Part shown: positions 1-9,846 of the stretch, one piece after another | Numbering within the stretch: the stretch's first letter is position 1 | How the letters are laid out: each line of letters starts with the position of its first letter | DNA from: Desulfatiglandales bacterium | Lineage (GTDB): Bacteria > Desulfobacterota > DSM-4660 > Desulfatiglandales > Desulfatiglandaceae | Length of the DNA stretch: 64,000 bases | NCBI GenBank assembly: GCA_963662465.1 | Contig: OY759599.1 | Location: 1,440,001-1,504,000, forward strand | Direction of reading: 5' to 3' | Notes under the pieces: model-generated | Told to the model about the DNA's origin: nothing | The model's input: only the letters and a program-made list of their open reading frames with translations | Database searches by the model: none | Translations under genes and position numbers: made by a program

Positions 1-134
1 TTGCGACTGAGTACGGGGTTGTGGATCTCAAAGGAAAATCCACACGAGAACGGGCCCTCGCGATTATCGATCTGGTCCATCCCGGCTTTCGCGAACAATT
101 GCTTCGAGCAGCTGAGGACATGTACATCATATAA
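1..134 (+). CDS. 3' end of acetyl-CoA hydrolase/transferase family gene (starts outside window)
   Basis: Frame from position 3 reads ATEYGVVDLKGKSTRERALAIIDLVHPGFREQLLRAAEDMYII*, the typical C-terminus of this family; near-identical to 8127-8260. Confidence 0.8.
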   Translation, partial: ATEYGVVDLKGKSTRERALAIIDLVHPGFREQLLRAAEDMYII

Positions 135-426
135 TGGGATAATTGGAAAGAATAAGAGAAATAATACCTATTTGATTCCAATACCCTTTATCATCGCGTA
201 TTTTTTTCAGTTGGCGCAAATAGGAAGTATGTCGCTTATGCAAACCGCCGACAAAATAATCGCTATCATCGATCACCATCCGATCCACGCGCGGCTCCAA
301 ATTGAGAAAATGAGAATCGGTAGCGCGGCATACCTGGTCCACACACGCCACGGATTGCCGCCTCCGCCTTCTACTGGATCGTCAGAAACACATCAAGACA
401 TTCCCCTCTCTCTTCAAACCATGGCC

Positions 427-460
427 GATTCGTCACAAATATGGGCGGATTCGTCACAAA
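427..460 (+). promoter_or_regulatory. GATTCGTCACAAA direct repeat with 21-nt period (candidate LytTR box), copy 1
   Basis: Two exact 13-mers at 427 and 448, upstream of a TTGACG -35-like hexamer. Confidence 0.55.
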
Positions 461-548
461 GTCCCTCCGGCCCCGTTGACGTTCATGCATGACCATGTTT
501 AATGGTAGATAGATAAATCAGCGAAGCAGTAAAGGGGGGATAAAAATT

Positions 549-686
549 ATGAAAAGAATGGTGGTAATTCTTCTGGTGGGTCTTTTGGGTTTCTTGGGAT
601 GTAGCGGCAGTGATGAGGGTACGGCCATCTCCACCGGCCAAGCTATCCCGGTGGCGCCGTTTGGTAACGAGGTAGTGCTGGGATAG
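549..686 (+). pseudogene. Truncated copy (first ~40 codons) of the DUF1566 lipoprotein at 8676
   Basis: MKRMVVILLVGLLGFLGCSGSDEGTAISTGQAIPVAPFGN, then unrelated EVVLG*. Confidence 0.85.
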
Positions 687-863
687 CCTAACTTACTGTT
701 ATTATTATTCTTGAAATTATTTGAATGACATACTATATCTGTCCTATCGTCACTGACTTCCTATATCACTATACCAGAGGAGTGGGTTGGGCTCAAATGT
801 CTTGACGAGTCTTACGTGCGATATTACGATAGGAGGAAAGTCCGAAAGTAAGGAGGTAAGGAT

Positions 864-1091
864 ATGCTTGCAAAGCTCACAACCAAAAATCAGATCACCA
901 TTCCAAAAGATATTATTTCCAGACTTCCGAATGTGCGGTATTTCGATGTGGCCTATGACGACGGCGTGGTTTTTCTGAAACCTGTAAAGGTGTATGATGC
1001 CGATCTTGAACAAATAAGGACGAAGATGAACAAATTGGGCCTTTCCGAAGATTGTGTCAGCGAAGCCGTGCGTTGGGCGCGTTCCAGATGA
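864..1091 (+). CDS. AbrB/MazE/SpoVT-family antitoxin
   Basis: MLAKLTTKNQITIPK motif; AAGGAGG RBS; ATGA overlap with the PIN toxin. Confidence 0.85.
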   Translation: MLAKLTTKNQITIPKDIISRLPNVRYFDVAYDDGVVFLKPVKVYDADLEQIRTKMNKLGLSEDCVSEAVRWARSR

Positions 1092-1507
1092 AAAAGATTG
1101 TTGTCGATACCAATGTACTCGTGAGCGGCCTCCTGTTTGGAGGGAAACCCGGCGACCTGCGCTTCCTCTGGAGGAAGGGCTTGGTTGTTCCGATTTGTTC
1201 TGAGGAAATTATCAAAGAATATCTACGTGTTCTGGCCTATCCGAAATTTCAACTCTCAGAATCGGAGATCCAGTTCATTCTGAGTCATGAGATATTGCCA
1301 CATTTCAAGGTCGTAACGGTGAAATCCAGCAAGCCATTCGTGGCATTGGATCCATCCGATGACAAATTTATCTGGTGTGCCCTTGATGGCAATGCAGCAG
1401 CCATTGTATCCGGAGACGAGCACCTTCTGAAATTCTCATCAAGCCCTGTACCCATCGTCACAGTTGCAATGTTTATGAGGGCGCGTCCCAGGGAAAGCAC
1501 CGATTGA
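1088..1507 (+). CDS. PIN-domain toxin (VapC-like)
   Basis: IVVDTNVLVS...DPSDDKFI...IVSGDEHLL PIN motifs. Confidence 0.9.
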   Translation: MKKIVVDTNVLVSGLLFGGKPGDLRFLWRKGLVVPICSEEIIKEYLRVLAYPKFQLSESEIQFILSHEILPHFKVVTVKSSKPFVALDPSDDKFIWCALDGNAAAIVSGDEHLLKFSSSPVPIVTVAMFMRARPRESTD

Positions 1508-1598
1508 AGGTCCGGGCTGCATGATGTCCCACCCCGTTGTCCGAGAGGAGGGGGTTTCCCATACCCACGATAACGAGGCCTTCCCAGATCTCAGTCAC
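1505..1598 (-). pseudogene. N-terminal fragment of hydrogenase maturation protease
   Basis: VTEIWEGLVIVGMGNPLLSDNGVGHHAAR matches the GxGNxLxxDDGxG motif; cut off at the PIN gene end. Confidence 0.7.
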
Positions 1599-1701
1599 GG
1601 GTAAGGGTCCGGAGGATCTCCCCGGAGGGATCTCTCAGATTTACCACAAAGAGGATGCCCCCCGGAAGGGAATGGGTGGCGCAGGCCAGGCAGGGGTAGG
1701 G
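1591..1701 (-). pseudogene. C-terminal fragment of [NiFe]-hydrogenase large subunit (MvhA/HoxH-like)
   Basis: PCLACATHSLPG...LRTLTRD* resembles the L2 DPCxxCxxH motif plus cleavable tail; overlaps the protease start. Confidence 0.7.
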
Positions 1702-1790
1702 CGTCTAAAAACGCCATTTTTGAGCCAAATTCTTTGCCCGGTTTTTGGACCCAGAGAATATCACTCTCGCAACATAATGAACCCAACCCT

Positions 1791-2577
1791 CGGATCATAG
1801 GCGATAATCAGCTGTGCCTTTCCATCCTGCGTGATGAGGGCGCGCTGAACCTGGGAACCGGACGATAAACTGGGCGCCTCGCAGAGGTCAAGCGGATGGT
1901 TGGCTGAAATGATCATCTGGGCAATCTGCTCCGGATTCGGGAGGAATTCCGCATCTCCGTCAAAATAGGCGGCCATTTGATCGGAAAGCTCCCCCATCAA
2001 TTCCCGATAGGGAAATTGGTTTGAATTCGGAAGGTTTATGTCAAATGTTCCATTGATGCAGCTTTGCAGAAAGAGGGCGTAATCTTGAAGGTTTACGGTT
2101 TGACCCAGGGAACAAAGCCGGATGGCTGCTTCGGTGTCCGGAGAGATAACGGCATCTTGTTCCGCGTAGTCATCCCCGTGGGCGAATCCCGTGATCAGGG
2201 CTCGCAGAGAGCGGTCGTTACGCGTGACCTGAGCGATGAGATACTCTGTTTCGGGCAGGGGTGTGTGCAATGAAAGGCGATAACTGCCGTCCGCCGAAAG
2301 TGGTATGGTGTCTTTTGTCAGTTCTTTTCCTGTACTGTCCAGGAGTCAAACCATTGCTCCGGACGGATCTACACCCACGACCGTTCCTGACACGGAGCCG
2401 TTGCCTCAGTTGTCGGCTGTGTTGCTTGAGGTGCTGTTATTGCAACCGGCGTCCACTGATAAACAGAAAAAAAGCGCCAGGAAGAAAAACGTAACACGAT
2501 ACTTTTTTTCAAACCCTTTGTTCATTTTGGATCTCCGTGTTTCCATTATAATTGAGGTGATTTTTGGCGATTTTGAA
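1791..2577 (-). pseudogene. 5' portion of the alpha/beta-hydrolase lipoprotein gene (copy of 28441-29227) with two nonsense codons
   Basis: Aligns at offset 26650; TCA>TGA at 2406-2408 and 2346-2348; truncated at 1791. Confidence 0.92.
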
Positions 2578-2601
2578 CGAGGGAACGCCGCCGCCCCGGC
2601 C

Positions 2602-2988
2602 CTAAAGGGTCAGCACCGATTCCGAATATTGGGAAAGGGATGCATCTACCGTGACAAGCAACATCCCTTCCGAACGCGCCTGGGCCAGCAGCAACCGATC
2701 AAAAGGGTCTTTGTGAAGCAGGGGAAGCGTCTCGACGGTAAAGACATGTTCCGCGGCCACAGACAATTCCCTGTATCCATGGATGATCAACATTTTTCGC
2801 AAGCGCCGCGGGTCTACCTTGAAATTCTCCCACCCCAGCCCCCGCTTGATCACAATTTCCCATATACTGGCAACACTGAAATACAAAGTGTTTTCGGGTG
2901 TCGTCAAGAGAGTGCGGGCCGAGTCGGAAAGTTTTTCGGGCTGCCCCGCGGCCCATAGAAGGACGTGCGTATCCAGTAGCAGTTTCAC
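2602..2988 (-). CDS. vapC: VapC-family PIN toxin
   Basis: MKLLLDTHVLLW...SVASIWEI...HKDPFDRLLLAQA. Confidence 0.92.
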   Translation of the reverse strand: MKLLLDTHVLLWAAGQPEKLSDSARTLLTTPENTLYFSVASIWEIVIKRGLGWENFKVDPRRLRKMLIIHGYRELSVAAEHVFTVETLPLLHKDPFDRLLLAQARSEGMLLVTVDASLSQYSESVLTL

Positions 2989-3233
2989 GTGGATTTTCCT
3001 TCAAAAAGTCTGATAATTTCTTTTGCCCCAAAGGAATCGAAATCGTCCGGAACCTCAATTTCTCCCGACATGAAACCCAGTTTTTCGGTCCCTTCCAGAT
3101 CTCCGTCCGAAAGGGGCAAAACCTTGACCATGGGCTTTCCCGCCTTGGCAATGATGAACACATTTCCCTGCGCGGCCTCATCGACCAGACGGGAAAGGTG
3201 CGTCTTGGCTTCATGAATATTGATGGTTTGCAT
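2985..3233 (-). CDS. Phd/YefM-family antitoxin
   Basis: MQTINIHEAKTHLSRLV; 4-nt overlap with vapC. Confidence 0.92.
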   Translation of the reverse strand: MQTINIHEAKTHLSRLVDEAAQGNVFIIAKAGKPMVKVLPLSDGDLEGTEKLGFMSGEIEVPDDFDSFGAKEIIRLFEGKST

Positions 3234-3323
3234 GGCGCACCTCAATGGGAGTTGGTTCAGTAAGGTTAGTTTACTGTCTGCAGCCAGGGATCGTCAAGAT
3301 AATTTTTCGGCGGATCCTTATTT

Positions 3324-3479
3324 GACATGGCTTTGAGGTTGTCGAGAGCTTTCGATACGACCCCTGAGCTTTGGCTCAACCTTCAGAGAAATTATGATTT
3401 GTGGCATGCTGCCCACGATTCAAAAGTATGGGAAACCATCAAGCCCCTTTTTCGAGCAAGCATGCCGAATCATGCATAG
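3324..3479 (+). pseudogene. C-terminal fragment of HigA/VapI antitoxin
   Basis: DMALRLSRAFDTTPELWLNLQRNYDLW; the N-terminal HTH part is missing. Confidence 0.8.
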
Positions 3480-3483
3480 ATAA

Positions 3484-3593
3484 ATGAAGAATTTCAAAAA
3501 CAAGGACTGGGAATACGCCTACCGAACCTCCACCACGGGCCCCAAGGAAAAAGCCGCCGATATCCTGCACGATTTTTACATCCCCGCCCTCAG
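3484..3593 (+). pseudogene. N-terminal fragment, probably of a PLD-like/SF2 helicase gene
   Basis: MKNFKNKDWEYAYRTS...DILHDFYIPALS; cut where the PemK gene ends. Confidence 0.5.
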
Positions 3594-3949
3594 CTTAACA
3601 CGTAGGCAGGATTTAGAGTTTTAGCGATCGTACTGTGTACTATTTTCAGTATATCATCATTTATAGAACCCAACCGCTTAACAAAGCGCTGGTTTGCAAG
3701 ATTCTTAACCTGAAAACAGTCTATCGCGGAAACTTTAGACAATCCATTTCCTACGCTATCCTCAACCCTTACCATCCAAGGATAGTGTGCATAGTTGGGT
3801 TTCCAATCAGTAACGGGAACAATAATCTTGAGTGGAAGTCTTCCTATCTCATCGTGACTTACTACAATTGCAGGTCTCTCTTTTGATATTTCAGAAGCAA
3901 CTTTTGGGAAAAACTTCACAACCCAGATTTCACTTTGCTTAATATTCAT
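3590..3949 (-). CDS. PemK/MazF-family toxin
   Basis: EIWVVKF...EISKERPAIVVS...IIVPVT...GLSKVSAIDCFQVK. Confidence 0.88.
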   Translation of the reverse strand: MNIKQSEIWVVKFFPKVASEISKERPAIVVSHDEIGRLPLKIIVPVTDWKPNYAHYPWMVRVEDSVGNGLSKVSAIDCFQVKNLANQRFVKRLGSINDDILKIVHSTIAKTLNPAYVLS

Positions 3950-4196
3950 ACAAATCTCCACTCTCACTACCCATCTCTTTTGCCGGCGCCAGATACTCTT
4001 TATCCTCTAATGCCATGGAGATCCCCCGGCGCCACTTCTCTATCTCTTTTTGTTTCAAATAGTTGGCTATGGCTTCATTATAGATTGCAGAAAGGGAGAT
4101 CTGTAAATCCTCTTTGAGCGCTATGACCTGCTCTTTTAACTCAGTGGGCATATTGAAGGTTACTTTTTCCATTGAACTATTTTGCGACAATACCAT
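3939..4196 (-). CDS. Putative RHH antitoxin
   Basis: KVTFNMPTELKEQ...SLSAIYNEAIANYL; overlaps the toxin start. Confidence 0.75.
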   Translation of the reverse strand: MVLSQNSSMEKVTFNMPTELKEQVIALKEDLQISLSAIYNEAIANYLKQKEIEKWRRGISMALEDKEYLAPAKEMGSESGDLYEY

Positions 4197-4449
4197 ATCT
4201 TTCTCCTTATATATTTACCTTATTTTACTATGGTCAAAGGGTATTGTCAATAGCCCATTCTTGCTTGAATCCGACACAAAATAAGTGGAGGTCCGTAGGG
4301 GTTTTTGATTGACTTGTCTTTATCAGCTGACAGAACCCAAATCATGGAAGAGGCCAATCAAAGACTTGACGCCTCCACCCGGGGGCATTATAGGATGTCC
4401 CCCATATTTTAAGATTGCCAACATAAGTCATAAGTCATAATATAACGAC

Positions 4450-4691
4450 ATGCGAATAACACTATCCATCCCGATGTTGTGGCACGCCGATTCCAGGCGG
4501 CTATCCCTGCTCGCCAACGGTCGCGTCTCGTCACCCGTTTACTTGAACACGAATTGTCTAAACGCGATGACACCCTTGCTGCCGCCTGCCGTGCCGCCAA
4601 TCGCGACAAGGCGCTGCAACGTGAGATTGACGAATGGCATTCGACGACGGTGAACGGAACAGGCCAACCAGAATTCTTCGACGAGGAATGA
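4450..4691 (+). pseudogene. Frameshifted antitoxin
   Basis: MRITLSIP in one frame continues as DVVARRFQAAIPARQRSRLVTRLLE in another; ends in an ATGA overlap with a MazF-like gene. Confidence 0.6.
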
Positions 4692-4915
4692 CAGAGCCTC
4701 ATATCAAACGCGGTGATATCTGGTGGGTCAGTCTTGATCTGACGCAAGGTTCTGAAATCAAGAAAACGCAACCATGTGTGGTGTTTACGCACGACACATT
4801 CAACCGGCTCCGACGTACAGTAGTTGTAGTGCCCTTGTCGACAGCTGCCCAACCTCATCCCCCCATCAGCGTTCCCATAACGTGCCAAGGCAATTATTCA
4901 GTAGTCATCATCGAT
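4688..4915 (+). pseudogene. Truncated PemK/MazF toxin fused to unrelated DNA
   Basis: KRGDIWWVSLD..QGSEIKKTQPCVV...VVVVPLST...VIID, then non-homologous sequence. Confidence 0.7.
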
Positions 4916-5155
4916 CTTCTGCTTGGGATCGTATCCGGCATGGTCTCCTACGCCCTTTGTTTCCGGGTTCTACCTGGGAATACAGTTCCGGGAAGATCCT
5001 GCTTCCCGTGGCTTAACGGGTAGGCGGGGATACCATCCGGATAGTCATGAACCGTTGGCGAGATAAAGGGCGACTGGAGATGTTTGGAAAAGGCAGAGAT
5101 GCTAAATGGGTGTGAAAATATTGAAAGTAGGAACATCACATTAATATGGGAATAA

Positions 5156-5482
5156 ATGTGGGGGGTAACTTTGGGGGAAGATGAAGGTGGCAGTCGGTCG
5201 GATTTTCTGATTCGAGAAGGCGCCCCGGTGCGGTTGTTGGACGGCGCCTTGGTGGAACTGATCTCGTGGCTTGAATTTGAAGGGTTTGAGGACAGGCTCA
5301 TGGTTTCGGGATATGTGGTGACCACGGCTTTAGACCGAAAAGGAACAGGAGATGTAATGATTTTCAGGAAAACGCCGGTGGTGGAAGCACCGTTTGTTTT
5401 TGATGAACGGCCCGATGTTGCGGTTGCGCCGGAAGCGGAAGAATTGAACGCGCCCGTTTCCGATGATGATATGCCCTTTTAG
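5156..5482 (+). pseudogene. Probable C-terminal fragment of an unknown gene with an acidic DDDMPF tail
   Basis: Coding-like composition, no good RBS/start. Confidence 0.35.
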
Positions 5483-5596
5483 AGGATCGAGATCCATGAC
5501 TGCGCTTCTGATCTTTTTGTTGCCACCCTGTTTCACCAAAAGACTGTGGTGGGAAGAAATGAATTTTTCATTGATTCTCATGAATCGGAGTAATAT

Positions 5597-5884
5597 ATGC
5601 ATGTAATCAGTCGGAAAGCCTTGCAAGAATTTTGGGGAAAACATCCTGACAGCAAGACTTCCCTTTCCCGCTGGTTCAAAGCTATGAAAAACAGCGAGTT
5701 TTCAAATTTTAATGATCTGCGGTCGGCATTTCCGAGTGCCGACAAAGTTGACGATCTGATTGTGTTCGACATCGGCGGGAACAAATACCGCCTGATCGCA
5801 TCAGTGCATTTTAACAGGGGCAAGGCATATGTTCGCCATGTCCTCACCCATTCGGAATATGACAGGGAAAAATGGAAAAAATGA
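5597..5884 (+). CDS. higB: HigB-family toxin
   Basis: MHVISRKALQEFW...FPSADKV...VFDIGGNKYRLI...LTHSEYD. Confidence 0.92.
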   Translation: MHVISRKALQEFWGKHPDSKTSLSRWFKAMKNSEFSNFNDLRSAFPSADKVDDLIVFDIGGNKYRLIASVHFNRGKAYVRHVLTHSEYDREKWKK

Positions 5885-6279
5885 ACATTGCTACGGAAAG
5901 CATCCGGGAACACTGGATTCCGATCAGTCATCTTTTTTCCGTCACCAGTGAGGAGGAATATGACAGGGCGGTCGGACTTCTGAACAGTCTTATTGACGAA
6001 ATCGGCACCGATGAGCGGAACCCTCTGTATAAGTTTCTTGACACACTGGGAACGGTGATTAATGCATATGAGGAAAAAAATTATCCGGTGCCTAACTGCG
6101 ACGGTATCGGAATGCTCTGTTTTTTTATGGACGAACACGGGCTTACACCATCCGATCTGCCGGAAATAGGTTCTGAAAAAACGGTTTCGGAAATAATCAG
6201 CGGTAAAAGAGAACTTTCTGTCAGGCATATCCGTGTCCTCGCTGAACGTTTTCATATATCACCTGCTGTATTCGTATAA
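5881..6279 (+). CDS. higA: HigA-family HTH antitoxin
   Basis: EEEYDRA...LGTVINAYE...EIGSEKTVSEIISGKRELSVRHIRVLAERF. Confidence 0.9.
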   Translation: MNIATESIREHWIPISHLFSVTSEEEYDRAVGLLNSLIDEIGTDERNPLYKFLDTLGTVINAYEEKNYPVPNCDGIGMLCFFMDEHGLTPSDLPEIGSEKTVSEIISGKRELSVRHIRVLAERFHISPAVFV

Positions 6280-6316
6280 GTTCAGTCTGCCGTATCAGTT
6301 GATAAAGATATAACAT

Positions 6317-6716
6317 ATGATGAAATTGAGTGATATGGGTTTCGACCAATGGTTTCCAATTGCATGTCAGTGACTTGTGTCAAGAGGACCGGGATATTGC
6401 GCGTATATCGGCAGTTGACCGCGGCGCATACCGCATCAGAAATCAAACCAGGGAAGTTCCGGCTGAACTCGCCGGGAAGTTCTATTTCCAGGTAGACGCT
6501 TCGATTGACCTGCCGTGTGTCGGCGATTGGGTGACAGTGCAATATCACAACAACGACGCCGCGGCAATTATTCATGAGGTGTTTCCGAGAAAGACGTTTT
6601 TACACCGCAAATCCGCCGGTGAAAAGGTGGATTTGCAAATGATTGCGGCCAACATTGACGTCGCTTTCATTGTCCAGTCGTGCCACTTTGACTTCAACGT
6701 GCGGAGAATGGATCGG
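6317..6716 (+). pseudogene. rsgA: Frameshifted, truncated RsgA-family GTPase fragment
   Basis: MMKLSDMGFDQW, frameshift, then PCVGDWV...QMIAANIDVAFIVQSCHFDFNVRRMDR. Confidence 0.8.
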
Positions 6717-6734
6717 AGTCCTTCCCCTCAGCGC

Positions 6735-6874
6735 GGAAACGGCGCGGGAAAAAGCAACTTTATTGATTTTTTTCGTATGTTGCGAGCCATGATGGAGTTG
6801 CCCTTGCCGGGTCTTTCCAGTGCATGTTTGAAGACTTATATCGCAGATGGTGGTGGCAGTGATGATTTTCTTTT
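6735..6874 (+). pseudogene. Fragment of an AAA_21/AbiEii-like ATPase
   Basis: Walker A GNGAGKSNFIDFF fused in frame to the RsgA remnant; ends at a palindromic element. Confidence 0.65.
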
Positions 6875-7111
6875 GGCTCATTGCGGATTAACGTGAAAAT
6901 CGCTACTGACTTCGCTTTCGCACTCGTTCCCATGCTCTGAGTGGGAACGGTTTTTGGACGCTCTGCGTCCTGGTTTGGAGCCCCAAGAAATGGGCATGTA
7001 GCGGTTCAAAAGACGAATTGTCGGACGCGGGAGCGTCCAAGGTAGGTTCCCACGCAGAGCATGGGAACCAGCCCGAAAATTCTCTTCTTCACGTTAATCC
7101 GAGAAGACCCG
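6875..7111. repeat. Nested palindromic element: outer arms (type A) enclosing two GTTCCCA-n9-TGGGAAC hairpins and two GGACGC..GCGTCC hairpins
   Basis: CGGATTAACGTGAA (6884-6897) pairs perfectly with TTCACGTTAATCCG (7088-7101); inner hairpins at 6923-6949 and 7046-7071. Confidence 0.85.
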
Positions 7112-7203
7112 GTTTTACAAAGAAATCAGCGGAACAGTTTTTCACCCGCCTGTTAAATGCGGGTGTGAAACGGCTTATCGATGTCAGGCTCAACAATGTT
7201 TCT
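7111..7203 (+). pseudogene. DUF488-family fragment
   Basis: GFTKKSAEQFFTRLLNAGVKRLIDVRLNNVS. Confidence 0.7.
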
Positions 7204-7799
7204 CCTTCTCATCCACATGAAACACCCCATACCCCTGATTTCCGAAGCAGTAAATCACATGCAAACTGACGTCGGCTTCCGGGTATTCTTGTTTCAGACC
7301 TTCAGCCATCCGGGTCCACAAAACGGTACCGGTGATGAACACATTGTGAATGGCCCCGGTCTTGCGGCCTTCCTTGAGCAGCTTGAAAAAGGTTTTCAGG
7401 AAGCCCTCATCGGCCATGAGCTGTTTGTACAGATGATCTTTTCGCCCGGTGATGAGCTGGTTGGCGAAGTTGTCGTATTCGTCGATGATGATGTAGATCG
7501 ACGGGAGATTTTTTTCTTGAATGAACTTCAGGATATTGCCGAGGTTGGATGCGCCGCTTTCTTTGGGTTCCGGGGCAACCTGGCCATTGAACCATTTTTT
7601 GTGTCGGCCCAGCAAGGTTCTGAGTGTTCGATTGACGGTATTGTCGAAACTTTTCTCCATGACCGCCATTTCCCCGGTTTCCACAACGGAAAAATCGAGA
7701 TGCAGCACGAAAAATGAATTGTGCGGCGGCGTGGGGTTTTGGCCGATCCAGGTGTGACCGAAGAGTTCTTTAAATTCATCCTTGAACAGAACGCTGTAA
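7190..7799 (-). pseudogene. Internally deleted AAA-ATPase-like (PD-(D/E)XK-fused family) fragment
   Basis: FKELFGHTWIGQNPT...VLHLDFS...IYIIIDEYDNFAN...VFITG joined to a short tail; no Walker A or start. Confidence 0.75.
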
Positions 7800-7939
7800 T
7801 GGGCTTGGTCCTAACTTCGTCCACACTATGAATCTTTCATCACCTTGCCGGCTTCCGTTGTCTGCCGGTATTACGGCCTTCTGATCCTCTCCACCGTGGA
7901 TACCAACCCCGATCTCACGCGGCAGGGATTTCCGAGTTC

Positions 7940-8260
7940 ATGGCAGGGCGCCAGTTCAGCGGAACCGGTGGTCAGCTGGATTTCGTGAGAGGTGCGTTTG
8001 ACGCTAAAGGCGGCAAATCTATCCTCGCCTTTCATGCCACAGCAAAAGGCGGAAAGATTTTCCGAATCGTGCCGCGCTTGAAGGAGGGCGTCATGGTCAC
8101 GACCCCTAGAAACGATACCCATTTTCTTGCGACTGAGTACGGGGTTGTGGATCTCAAAGGAAAATCCACACGAGAACGGGCCCTCGCGATTATCGATCTG
8201 GCCCATCCCGGCTTTCGCGAACAATTGCTTCGAGCAGCTGAGGACATGTACATCATATAA
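7940..8260 (+). pseudogene. C-terminal fragment of acetyl-CoA hydrolase/transferase
   Basis: SGTGGQLDFVRGA...GGKSI...VTTPRNDTHFLATEYG; N-terminal domains absent. Confidence 0.8.
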
Positions 8261-8795
8261 TGGAATAATTGGAAAGAATAATAGAAATAATGCCTATTTG
8301 ATTCCAATGCCCTTTATCATCGCGTTTTTTTTTCAGTTAGCGCAAATAGGAAGCATGTCGCTTACGCAAACCGCCGACAAAATAATCGCTATCATCGATC
8401 ACCATCCGATCCACGCACGGCTCCAAATTGAGAAAATGAGAATCGGTAGCGCGGCATACCTGGTCCACACACGCCACGGATTGCCGCCTCCGCCTTCTAC
8501 TGGATCGTCAGAAACACATCAAGACATTCCCCTCTCTCTTCAAACCATGGCCGATTCGTCACAAATATGGGCGGATTCGTCACAAAGTGCCTCCGGCCCC
8601 GTTGACGTTCATGCAAGGCCATGTTTAATGGTAGATAGATAAATCAGCGAGGCAGTAAGGGGGGGGGTAAAAATTATGACAAGAATGGCGGTAATTCTTC
8701 TGGTAGGTCTTTTGGGTTTCTTAGGATGTAGCGGCAGTGATGAGGGTACGGCCATCTCCACCGGCCAAACTACCCCCGTTGTACCGTTTGGCAAC
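8127..8795. repeat. Long direct repeat, copy 2
   Basis: Aligns to 1-668. Confidence 0.95.
8553..8629 (+). promoter_or_regulatory. Candidate LytTR direct repeat plus sigma70-like promoter
   Basis: GATTCGTCACAAA at 8553 and 8574 (period 21); TTGACG 8602-8607, 16 nt, TTTAAT 8624-8629. Confidence 0.55.
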
Positions 8796-9494
8796 ACAGA
8801 CTCCGTAACACCCACGTATGAATGGACACCTGTTCAGTATGCCACCCGGTATCGTCTTCTGGTGCAAGATGCGATCCAGGATTCCACCACACAAGATTCA
8901 GCTGAAACCTACCTGATTGATGAGTGGTACACTGCGGGGGAGGCGGGATGCGATTCAGAAGATGGTTTGTGTATGGCAACACCCGATACGGAAGTTCGTG
9001 GCAAGTACATTTGGATGGTGATCGCCTGTGTGGATGACAACTGCGGAATATCGAGTGATGCACTGCCATTCAGCGCTGGAAAAAGTATGTTGACACTCAC
9101 CAGGTTCAGCGACTTCGGTGATGGCACGGTGTTGGACAATAACACGAAGCTTATGTGGACCCAGAATTCAACTCCAGTGTCGCCGCTTAAGTACGCGTGG
9201 GCGTATCACTGGTGCAAAGATCTTACGTACGCCGGCTATGATGATTGGCACCTCCCATCCCTTGCCGAACTGAACAGTTTGATTGATAGAAGTCAATTCA
9301 ACCCGGCTTTGCCGCCGGATCATCCCTTTATTAATGTGCAGCTCGACTACTACTGGTCGGGTACTTATTATGACCCCAACCCCAACAAGATATGGATCGT
9401 GAGTATGATAAACGGGGTGATGACCTATACGTACGACGGGGCAGAGCGTGGCGTGTGGCCGGTGAGGTGGGGGGGCAAAATTGACATCAAATGA
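8676..9494 (+). CDS. Lipoprotein with C-terminal DUF1566 (Lcl C-terminal) domain
   Basis: Lipobox FLGC; DGTVLDNNTKLMW...GYDDWHLPSLAELNSL...YYWSGT...VWPVR. Confidence 0.88.
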   Translation: MTRMAVILLVGLLGFLGCSGSDEGTAISTGQTTPVVPFGNTDSVTPTYEWTPVQYATRYRLLVQDAIQDSTTQDSAETYLIDEWYTAGEAGCDSEDGLCMATPDTEVRGKYIWMVIACVDDNCGISSDALPFSAGKSMLTLTRFSDFGDGTVLDNNTKLMWTQNSTPVSPLKYAWAYHWCKDLTYAGYDDWHLPSLAELNSLIDRSQFNPALPPDHPFINVQLDYYWSGTYYDPNPNKIWIVSMINGVMTYTYDGAERGVWPVRWGGKIDIK

Positions 9495-9846
9495 CAAGCG
9501 GAGTGGGGATGGGAGGAGAAGGCTCCCCCGACGCCGAATGTCTGGTTGATTACCCGGATAGCCTTCTTCAGATTCCATTTGATACGTAAGGATCGCTTTC
9601 AAATCTACATGACCGAATTGACACCACGCCATTAAGTCTGTTATATTTTTTTAGTTCCAAGGAACGCCCGTCTTGTTATCTTAAGTGGGTCGGAATATTG
9701 GTGGAACAATACCGTGTGTAATCCTTGGATACTGCTTTATGACGAACACGCTCACCTCTTGATTCATCCATTTAGCCAAGAAGGAATGGTCAACTTCATG
9801 AAACTTCCGTATTCAGCTAAGAAAACAACGCTTTGAGGCAAGTAAC

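Larger units (their letters stand above)
1..668. repeat. Long direct repeat, copy 1 (copy 2 at 8127-8795)
   Basis: Near-identical alignment at offset 8126-8127 with scattered SNPs; homology ends at ggtaac (668) / ggcaac (8795). Confidence 0.95.

Noticed and set aside
1..492. 163/171-aa ORFs at 1-492 and 8127-8642
   Set aside because: Off-frame overlaps of the CoA-transferase end running through intergenic DNA; no recognisable family.
686..792. attC site / integron cassette array (GCCTAAC...GTTGGGC)
   Set aside because: The R-box-like ends lack convincing internal pairing, other TA modules have no similar sites, genes face both ways, and no integrase is present. IntegronFinder would settle it.
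6330..6896. Novel RsgA-ATPase fusion protein
   Set aside because: The start is frameshifted and both parts are truncated; this is a deletion junction.
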